Shown here piece after piece: positions 56,849 to 64,000 of a stretch of 64,000 bases of DNA. The stretch's first letter is position 1. Every line of letters begins with the position of its first letter. The DNA is taken from IMG/VR virus record IMGVR_UViG_3300047321_000170, positions 18,937 through 82,936 of that record, one strand, 5' to 3'. Origin of the DNA: a virus. Below the pieces are notes generated by a model. The model did not search any database. It was given only the letters and a program-made list of their open reading frames with translations, and was not told where the DNA came from. A program made the translations under genes and the position numbers.

Positions 56849-58633
56849 GTGTCCTCAGTGAATAACCAGTACCTCCAGACTCTCCTCGATCGCGCGGCGA
56901 ATCGCTGGTCCAATGACCGGGCGACGATGACCTATGGCGACTGGATGTGTGAGAACACGACCCTGCGCGACCGGAAGTTCAGCTTCGCGCGCTATCCGTT
57001 CCAGAAGGCGATCGCCGACGACATGAGCCCGTCGCTCGATTGCATCAAGCCCTCACAGGTCGGCCTCACCGAGCTTCAGATCCGCAAGACGCTGGCCTTC
57101 ATCGCGCGTCAGCGCGGCGTGAACGTGATCTACACGCTGCCCGACGAGAAGATGATGGAGCGGATCGCCAAGGGCCGTATCCGCCCCCTGGTGGACGAGG
57201 AAAAGGTCTTCAACCTGGAGTCGATCGGCGGTGGCAAGCCAACCCGCACGAACGAAATCATCCAAGTCGGCAAGAGCTTCATGTACGTCACCGCAGCCGG
57301 CGAAGGCGCGGCGACCTCGATCTCGGCCGACATGGTCGTGAACGACGAAGTGGACTTGACCGATCAGTCGATCCTCGCCCTCTTCCAGTCCCGGCTCCAA
57401 GGCTCGGACTACCGTATCGCGCACCGCTTCTCGACGCCGACGCACACCGACTTCGGCATCGACCAGACATTCAAGATCACCGACCAGATGGAGTACATGC
57501 TCAAGTGCTCCCACTGCAACCACCGGCAGATCCCGGACTTCGACAAGAAGTTCGTGCATCTCCCCGGCCTCGGTGACAAGGAATTCGAGGAGATCGACCA
57601 GTCGATGATCGACTCGGGCACGATCGACCTCAGCACCGCCTCAATCCGCTGCGAGCACTGCGGCGGGCTGCTCAACCTGGGCGACCACGCGAACCGTGAG
57701 TGGGTCGCCAAGTATCCGCAGCGCAAGGACCGGCGCGGCTACCGCGTACGCCCGTTCTCGACCGAACGGCTCGATGTCCGCTACATCATCAACCAGCTGT
57801 TCGAATACAAGCGACTGAACTTCATCCGCGGCTGGTACAACACCGTGCTCGGGCGCTCGTACACGGGCGGCGACCAGCGCTTGACCGACGCGGACATCGA
57901 GCGCGCCTTCACCGGCGACATGTTCAAGCGCCCACCGATCCCCGGCCTGCCCGCGTGGATCGGCATCGACATGGGCGCAACCTGCCACATCGTCGTCGGT
58001 CAGGGCTATGACGTGAACTCGATCCAGGTCCGCGAGTTCATCACCGTGCCGGCTGCGCGCCTGGTCGAAGAGCTGCAACGGATCTGCGCCGAATACCGCG
58101 TGGTCGCAGGCTCCTGCGACCGCCACCCGTACACGCCGACCGCCGAAGCCGCGCGCGACGTGACCTATGGCCGCGTTCTGCCTAACGAGTATCGCGGCCA
58201 GAAGGAAATCAACCTGATCAAAGACGCAGCGGGCGAAGTCCTGTACATGCAGTCCAACCGGACCATGTTGCTGGACGAAGTCTCGCGCGTCGTGCGCCTT
58301 GGGCGCATCAAGTTCTCGGGATACGGCACGCAGAAGTCCGTGATCTTCGAGCACCTGAAAGACATGGTTCGCAATGAGGAACCTGAGAAAGAAGCCGAGT
58401 GGAAGAAGCTGAACGGCAACGACCACTACTTCCACGCCCTTGGCTTCATGTTGAGTGCCGTAAAGCTGCATACGACAAACGCCTCGGCTCTGTTCAACAC
58501 CGAAGTACGAAGCGTCATCGCCATCGCGGGCGCCGACATGGGCATGAACAAGACCCCGAGCCTGGTCCAGAACACCACCACCACGAAGAAACAGATCTAT
58601 GGCCAAGCCCCAAGCAACATCATCCTCTTCTAA
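56849..58633 (+). CDS. Terminase large subunit (GpA-like)
   Basis: KPSQVGLTE, DEVD, FSTPT, CSHC/CEHC, GIDMG, NDHYFHA. Confidence 0.92.
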   Translation: MSSVNNQYLQTLLDRAANRWSNDRATMTYGDWMCENTTLRDRKFSFARYPFQKAIADDMSPSLDCIKPSQVGLTELQIRKTLAFIARQRGVNVIYTLPDEKMMERIAKGRIRPLVDEEKVFNLESIGGGKPTRTNEIIQVGKSFMYVTAAGEGAATSISADMVVNDEVDLTDQSILALFQSRLQGSDYRIAHRFSTPTHTDFGIDQTFKITDQMEYMLKCSHCNHRQIPDFDKKFVHLPGLGDKEFEEIDQSMIDSGTIDLSTASIRCEHCGGLLNLGDHANREWVAKYPQRKDRRGYRVRPFSTERLDVRYIINQLFEYKRLNFIRGWYNTVLGRSYTGGDQRLTDADIERAFTGDMFKRPPIPGLPAWIGIDMGATCHIVVGQGYDVNSIQVREFITVPAARLVEELQRICAEYRVVAGSCDRHPYTPTAEAARDVTYGRVLPNEYRGQKEINLIKDAAGEVLYMQSNRTMLLDEVSRVVRLGRIKFSGYGTQKSVIFEHLKDMVRNEEPEKEAEWKKLNGNDHYFHALGFMLSAVKLHTTNASALFNTEVRSVIAIAGADMGMNKTPSLVQNTTTTKKQIYGQAPSNIILF

Positions 58634-60185
58634 GGGCGTCGGAGGGGCGATCGGCTCCATGCTCGCCGTCATCCTGCCGCGCACACGCGCCGCGGGCAAA
58701 GGTTCGTCGATGCCGGGGACGTTCAACCCAGCCTCGCCAGACCAGATCCTCTCGATGCCGGCGTATCGGGACCACCTTACTGACATCTTCTCTACTCGCT
58801 CGTCCAGTGACTCCCGAGCGCTTATCAAGACCCTGTTTCAGCAAGATCCGGACATGTCGGCCGCAGTCAACGCGTACCTGACCGTCTCCAACACGGACAT
58901 GGTAGCGATCGCCTATGACGTGAACGGCATGATCGACCGGCAGGCCCAGCAGATTCTGAATCAGGTCATGGAGTCGTACGACACGCGCTTCGACTACACG
59001 AAGGGCTTCGACTTCCGCCCCTCCTGGAAGGAGCTGGCCGAGAACTTCCGCTACATGCTGCTGGCCAGCGGCTCGCTGCCTGTCGAGATGGTGCTGTCCA
59101 AGACGTTCACGCCTCAAGAGTTCCGGATCATCGACCCGAAGACGCTTAACTGGAAGGAGACGCAACCCGGCGTCAAGAACCCTATCCAGAAGACGAGCGA
59201 CGGCAAGGAGATCGACCTGGCCATCCCGACCTTCTTCGTCAAGTTCTTCCGGCGTGATCCGACGAGCCTTTACACCTACTCGCCCTTCGTCTCGACGATC
59301 AACACCATCGCCGCGCGTCAACAGGTCATCAACGACCTGTACCGGATCATGCAGCTGACGGGCTACCCCCGCATGGAGGTAAAGATCGTCGAGGAAGTGG
59401 TGACGAAGAACGCCCCACTGGAGGTCAAGGCAGACCCCGAGAAGCTGAAGACCTACGTCGCGTCCATTCTCGGCTCGCTTAGCACGCAGATCTCCAACAT
59501 CCGCCCTGATCAAGCGTTCGTCCATACGGATGCTTCTGAGATCAGCATGATCAACGACAAGAACCCAGGCATGGCCCTGGACATCTCGAAGATCATCGAC
59601 ACGCTCAACTCGCAGAACCAAGCTGGCTTGCGGATCATGGGCACGATCATCGGTCGAGGCAATGCCGGTGTGAACACCGCGTCGGTCGAGGCACGAATCT
59701 TCAGCATGATCGCGGAAGAGCTGAACCAACCTATCGCGGATTTGTTCGCCGACATGCTAACGCTGGCCATTCGCCTGCAAGGTTCGCAGTCGCGCGTGCG
59801 TGTGAAGTTCAAGCCCGTCGAGCTGCGCCCGATGACGGAACTGGAGCCGCAGCTCACGATGCGTCAGGCGCGACTGAAGTCCGACCTGTCGCTCGGCATC
59901 ATCACCGACGACGAGTACTGCCTTGAGATGTACGGTCGCCTCAGCGCGGACGGTGCTGTGCAGCTCAGCGGCACGAACTTCATGCCGGGGACCAACGTAC
60001 AGGTGCAAGCGCAACTCGACGCGGCAGCAGCTGCAAACACGGACCAGACTAACTCGAACAGCAAGACAAGCAAGGCCGATCCGAGTTCGAACGCGAAGAA
60101 GGTCAGCCCCAATTCTGACCCGCTCGGAAAGAGTCTTGCACCGAAGGGTGGGAAGGGAGCGAGCGGCAATAACGTGAAGCCCTAA
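58599..60185 (+). CDS. Portal protein
   Basis: 528 aa, directly after terminase. Confidence 0.8.
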   Translation: MAKPQATSSSSKGVGGAIGSMLAVILPRTRAAGKGSSMPGTFNPASPDQILSMPAYRDHLTDIFSTRSSSDSRALIKTLFQQDPDMSAAVNAYLTVSNTDMVAIAYDVNGMIDRQAQQILNQVMESYDTRFDYTKGFDFRPSWKELAENFRYMLLASGSLPVEMVLSKTFTPQEFRIIDPKTLNWKETQPGVKNPIQKTSDGKEIDLAIPTFFVKFFRRDPTSLYTYSPFVSTINTIAARQQVINDLYRIMQLTGYPRMEVKIVEEVVTKNAPLEVKADPEKLKTYVASILGSLSTQISNIRPDQAFVHTDASEISMINDKNPGMALDISKIIDTLNSQNQAGLRIMGTIIGRGNAGVNTASVEARIFSMIAEELNQPIADLFADMLTLAIRLQGSQSRVRVKFKPVELRPMTELEPQLTMRQARLKSDLSLGIITDDEYCLEMYGRLSADGAVQLSGTNFMPGTNVQVQAQLDAAAAANTDQTNSNSKTSKADPSSNAKKVSPNSDPLGKSLAPKGGKGASGNNVKP

Positions 60186-60262
60186 AAACTCTTTGACTCT
60201 TGTTTAGCCCATCGAAATAATACGGGCTACTTTCACCAGGTGGTCCTAAACGCACCAACGTC

Positions 60263-61387
60263 ATGCCGAAGAGCGTTCCAATCACACCGCGGATTCAAAA
60301 CCTGATCGCCCAGAACAACGGCGGTGAGGTCGTTGACTACAGCCAGATCGTAGTCTTCGAGGCGTCGGTGCTGAACACTCGCCCGCTGTCGAAACCCGGC
60401 TCTATCTTTGATAAGGGCCGCGTCACGGACGACACGCTCAAGCAGATGTCAACGTACCTGAACAGCGGTGGTTTCGTGCCGCTTCAGACGTTGCATCCTA
60501 ACGGGGACGAGCTGCCGCTCGGCCGCTTCTTCTACGGTGAAGTGCTGCCCTCCACGCTCGGCGACGGCTCGACGGAACTGGTCTGCCTCTTCTACCTGCC
60601 GCGCACCGACGAGAACGTCACGAAGCTGGATAACGGCATCATCGACGAAGTCAGCGTTGGCTTCGTAGGCCAACAGCTTCTCTGCTCGGAGTGCGGCTGG
60701 GACTATCGCGGTCCCGATGCCACGCTGCTGAACTTCTTCGACCGCGTCTGCGCTAACGACCACACGCTCGGCACCGATGGCACCTATCTGAAGATCAACG
60801 GCCTCGACCGCTGGACCGAAACCTCCCTCGTGTCGAAGGGTGCCGCGCACAACGCAAAGATCATGGGCCGTGCTAAACAGCGGCTCGGCCAGGAGCAGTA
60901 CGAGCGCCTGGCGGCTTCGGGTATCGCTCCCGAGCAAATTTTGTTGACTGCTACCACAACCGATACCCGGAGTAAGAAAAAGATGGATAAGGAAATGATC
61001 GAGATGGTCAACCAGCTCGCAGAGCTGAAGGCCGACGCAAAGCATCACAACATCGCACTGACGGCCAAGGACGGCGAGATCGCCACCCTGAAGGCGTCGG
61101 TCGAAGCCAAGGACGCTGAAATCGCGAAGCTGAAGGAAGGTACGGAGCTGAAAGACGCGACGACCAAGCTGACCGAAGCAGAGGGCAAGGTCACCGAGCT
61201 GACCGCCTCGAAAGAATCCGCAGACGCGAAGATCGCTGAACTCGAAGCGAAACTCAGCACGGCGGAAACACAAGTCGCTGCGTTGCAAGCGGGCGCCGGT
61301 AACGGTGGTCGCGGCAACGGTGCAGGCGGCGAATCCGTGACGTTGTCGGCCTCGAACGCTGCGTTCAAGGCTGCACCGCGTCGTTAA
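60263..61387 (+). CDS. Prohead protease-scaffold
   Basis: H..ELP.G, EVSVG, CSECG..C..H, ETSLV..GA; C-terminal coiled coil. Confidence 0.8.
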   Translation: MPKSVPITPRIQNLIAQNNGGEVVDYSQIVVFEASVLNTRPLSKPGSIFDKGRVTDDTLKQMSTYLNSGGFVPLQTLHPNGDELPLGRFFYGEVLPSTLGDGSTELVCLFYLPRTDENVTKLDNGIIDEVSVGFVGQQLLCSECGWDYRGPDATLLNFFDRVCANDHTLGTDGTYLKINGLDRWTETSLVSKGAAHNAKIMGRAKQRLGQEQYERLAASGIAPEQILLTATTTDTRSKKKMDKEMIEMVNQLAELKADAKHHNIALTAKDGEIATLKASVEAKDAEIAKLKEGTELKDATTKLTEAEGKVTELTASKESADAKIAELEAKLSTAETQVAALQAGAGNGGRGNGAGGESVTLSASNAAFKAAPRR

Positions 61388-61411
61388 TCACTCGCAACCC
61401 GAGAGGAAAGC

Positions 61412-61822
61412 ATGAGCAATGTAATCGGCAACGGAGTTTCGCTTCGTGGCATGTACCACGACGAATTCCAGTACCCGTTCCTGCTCGCTGCCGGGATCAC
61501 CAAAGCCGATGAAGGCAAAGCTGTTACTCCGGATGCGAGTGCGGCGAACACGGTGAAGCTGGCTGGCGACGGCGATCAGATCATCGGTCGCCTGGAAGTG
61601 GTCGAAATCCGCATCCAGGAAGGCATCAACATCGGTACGGTCTCGATCCAGGGTGGTCTCGACTACCCGTTGAAGGCTGCTGAAGCTGCACTCGTCAACG
61701 GCGACCGCGTCGTCGGCGGCGGCAGCGGCACGATCCGCAAAGCAGCCGCGGGCGTGTACTCGGCCTTCATGGCGACGGGCGAAACCAGCCCGAGCGGCAA
61801 CCCGGTAGTGATCAAAGCCTAA
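61412..61822 (+). CDS. Head decoration protein
   Basis: Small Gly/Ala-rich protein between scaffold and capsid. Confidence 0.7.
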   Translation: MSNVIGNGVSLRGMYHDEFQYPFLLAAGITKADEGKAVTPDASAANTVKLAGDGDQIIGRLEVVEIRIQEGINIGTVSIQGGLDYPLKAAEAALVNGDRVVGGGSGTIRKAAAGVYSAFMATGETSPSGNPVVIKA

Positions 61823-61833
61823 CTCTGCTGCTC

Positions 61834-61934
61834 GCCCACCACCGGGCCGCAGGAACTGGCTGAAGTACCCCGCGCGCGACACCGTCCACCACCGGCCGCG
61901 CGCGGCAGACGAACAAAACTCTTTGGATCAAAAC
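61834..61934 (+). promoter_or_regulatory. Capsid leader with two CCACCAC hairpins and TGGATCAAAAC
   Basis: GCCC-ACCACC-GGGC; CCG-TCCACCAC-CGG within CCGCGCGCG/CGCGCGCGG; TGGATCAAAAC at 61924-61934. Confidence 0.7.
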
Positions 61935-63122
61935 ATGGCCGATCTGATCGATATCAAGCGTGAAGCACCCGAAGTAGTGCTTAGCAATCTGCGTCCGGAC
62001 GACGCGAGCGACCAAGGCCGCTCGATCCTCGCCGGTCAAAAGCTGGTTCGCCTCGCGGCGGAAACCGGCCTCAACCTGCGTGACTACCTCACGCTCGCGA
62101 TCGACCCGCGCAAAGCCGAGCAACCGGCTCGCTTCGAAGGCCTCAACGGCTATGAAGCAGCGCTGTCGTACCTGAACCTGCCGGTTAAGCAAGACCTCGA
62201 AAACGGCGTGCTCCTGCAAGCCGCGAGCGAGACGTTCCAGACCTATCCGGGTACGCGCGCAATGTTCCCGGAAGTGATGGACGATGTGCTGCGCTGGCGC
62301 AACCGTCAGGACCAGCTGGAATCGGTCGGCCCGCTGCTCGCGCAATCGCGCACGATCAGCGGCACCGAGATGATCTCGACCTTCGTCGACGACGACAGCG
62401 CAGAGCGCGGTACGCAGTCGGTCGCTGAATTCGGCCGCGTGCCGGTTCGCACGATCCGTACGTCGCAGTCCAGCGTCGGCATCTTCAAGCACGGCTCGGG
62501 CTACCGTACTTCGTACGAGTTCAACCGCCGCGCTTCGCTTGACATCATGACGCCGTTTGCGGCGCGCGTGGGTCGCGAGCTGGAAATCTCAAAGGTGCGC
62601 GCAGCAACGGGCATCCTGATCAACGGCGACGGCATCAACGCCGCAGCCCCGGTGGTTAAGGTCAGCCAGTTCGGCGGCGACGGCACGAAGGCGTTCTCGA
62701 CGAACTACAAGGCTCTGGCCAAGTGGCTCATGTCGCGCGCCAAAGCTGGCTACCCGATCGACACGATCGTCGGCAACTACGACATGTTCGTCGAGCTGCT
62801 GTTCATGTTCCAGCCGGTCGTGGGTCTGGGCACGACCACGGACATTCAGGCGCTCGTCGCACAAGGCACGCCGAAGATCAACACAAGCCTGCCGATTCTG
62901 AACAAGTCGGTGGACTTCGTGCTGTCGTCTTCGATGCCGGAAGGTCAGCTGCTGGGCATGACGAAGGACGAAACGCTCGAAGAGCTGATCGAAGCTGGCT
63001 CGAACATCTCGGAAAACGAGCGTTCGATCCTGAACCAGTCGATCACGTACGTGCGTACCGAAAACACCGGCTACAAGCTCGCGTTCGGCGACACGCGCCA
63101 GATCCTCGACACCACGCAGTAA
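61935..63122 (+). CDS. Major capsid protein
   Basis: About 395 aa after scaffold and decoration genes; V.E...P..K.G...SYE pattern; followed by terminator. Confidence 0.85.
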   Translation: MADLIDIKREAPEVVLSNLRPDDASDQGRSILAGQKLVRLAAETGLNLRDYLTLAIDPRKAEQPARFEGLNGYEAALSYLNLPVKQDLENGVLLQAASETFQTYPGTRAMFPEVMDDVLRWRNRQDQLESVGPLLAQSRTISGTEMISTFVDDDSAERGTQSVAEFGRVPVRTIRTSQSSVGIFKHGSGYRTSYEFNRRASLDIMTPFAARVGRELEISKVRAATGILINGDGINAAAPVVKVSQFGGDGTKAFSTNYKALAKWLMSRAKAGYPIDTIVGNYDMFVELLFMFQPVVGLGTTTDIQALVAQGTPKINTSLPILNKSVDFVLSSSMPEGQLLGMTKDETLEELIEAGSNISENERSILNQSITYVRTENTGYKLAFGDTRQILDTTQ

Positions 63123-63139
63123 GTCGAGTCGGCTGAAAC

Positions 63140-63171
63140 AAAAAGCCCGCCCCTCACGGGCGGGCTTTTTT
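63140..63171 (+). terminator. Intrinsic terminator
   Basis: AAAAAGCCCGCCC-TCAC-GGGCGGGCTTTTTT. Confidence 0.88.
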
Positions 63172-63172
63172 C

Positions 63173-63550
63173 ATGAACCCCGCGGATACCCACATGAAAG
63201 TCATCGCACACACCACTGGCTCTTTCCAGCTGCTCGACAACCTCAGCGGCGACCACATTCCACACCACCGCCCCGCAGTGGTCACGAAGACCTCTTTCCT
63301 CACCCAGCGACTCGCGGTTGAGCAAGTGAAGTTCGTCACCGAAGTGCCGGATGCGGCCACCGATGCCGAGTTCGCAAAGCACTGGGCAGAAAGCGACCAC
63401 GACCTCGAACTCGCTGTGGAGTCATTCCTCGCAACCTTCGAACAACCGGAGGCTGAGTCGGACCAGGAACCGGGCGCCGGTACTGAACCGGGCGCGGACA
63501 ACGCCCCGGCGCGCGCACCGCGTGGCGCGAAGAAGTCTGCTGCTGAGTAA
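63173..63550 (+). CDS. Hypothetical head-associated protein
   Basis: ORF after capsid gene. Confidence 0.65.
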   Translation: MNPADTHMKVIAHTTGSFQLLDNLSGDHIPHHRPAVVTKTSFLTQRLAVEQVKFVTEVPDAATDAEFAKHWAESDHDLELAVESFLATFEQPEAESDQEPGAGTEPGADNAPARAPRGAKKSAAE

Positions 63551-63555
63551 ATGGC

Positions 63556-63717
63556 ATGAAGACGCTGGCAGTCATCGGCGCCGTCCTCGCGGCGTACCAA
63601 ATCGGCTACATCGTCGCGCATATGACGGTGGCGACGGAGTGCCGGCGTCTCGGTGCTTTCTATGTCGGCAAGAGCATCTTTAAGTGTATCGAGATCAAGG
63701 ATAAGAAAGCACCATGA
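63556..63717 (+). CDS. Small membrane protein (53 aa)
   Basis: MKTLAVIGAV..ECRRLG.FYVG..FKC. Confidence 0.55.
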   Translation: MKTLAVIGAVLAAYQIGYIVAHMTVATECRRLGAFYVGKSIFKCIEIKDKKAP

Positions 63718-64000
63718 AATGGTTCCAAGCTGGTGAAGACCTCACCTTCGACATCGAGCTGATCGTCGGCGGCGTCCCCACGCAGCCCGACGCCGGCACC
63801 GTCACGGCCACCGTGCGCGACCAGACGGGCCAGGTCGTCGCCGGCTTGGACCATAAGCCGATCACCGTGCCGGGGACGACCGCGTCGATCTCCGTGCCGG
63901 CCGGCGCCAACGCGATCGCGAGCGAAACCGAATCCCGGTACGTGACGCTCTCCTACATCGCGGGCGGTCAGAGCCGCCAACAGCACGCTGCCTATAGCCT
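63714..64000 (+). CDS. Head-completion/adaptor protein (3' truncated)
   Basis: ATGA overlap; MKWFQAGEDLTFD.. open to the window end. Confidence 0.6.
   Translation, partial: MKWFQAGEDLTFDIELIVGGVPTQPDAGTVTATVRDQTGQVVAGLDHKPITVPGTTASISVPAGANAIASETESRYVTLSYIAGGQSRQQHAAYS

Noticed and set aside
5847-61288. Long opposite-strand ORFs (e.g. 5847-7271, 8999-10198, 19573-21033, 57641-58828, 58620-59729)
   Set aside because: Shadow frames of high-GC genes with clear motifs on the other strand; no motifs of their own.

Overview
This window is most of a GC-rich, temperate tailed-phage genome. It begins inside a radical SAM gene and ends inside a head-completion gene. The intact attP-like site with phage genes on both sides indicates a free or excised form rather than an integrated prophage. 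CTGT-N8-ACAG LexA boxes and an att core resembling the xth start point to a beta- or gammaproteobacterial host (inferred). Gene order: radical SAM, GH19 lysis cassette with Rz/Rz1, a fibre/depolymerase module, xis, attP and int. A long leftward arm follows (nucleotide metabolism, SbcCD, ligase, PolA, SSB, helicase, then about 45 small early genes). Next come a control region (50.4-53.6 kb), a leftward primase-helicase, and rightward terminase, portal, protease and capsid genes. The main finding is a predicted ~165-nt non-coding RNA (about 53352-53520) with its own sigma70 promoter and terminator. It displays GUGGUGGUG in a hairpin loop and carries a second segment, GUUUUGAUCC. These are complementary to a CCACCAC(AGA) motif and a GGATCAA(AAC) motif found in sense orientation in about 25 and 9 phage mRNA leaders, including those of integrase, endolysin, primase, portal and capsid. 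A convergent promoter whose spacer is exactly a LexA box fires antisense into this RNA, and no CI-type repressor is visible. Together this suggests an RNA-based, SOS-switchable, genome-wide regulatory system. All calls are by eye; no searches were run.
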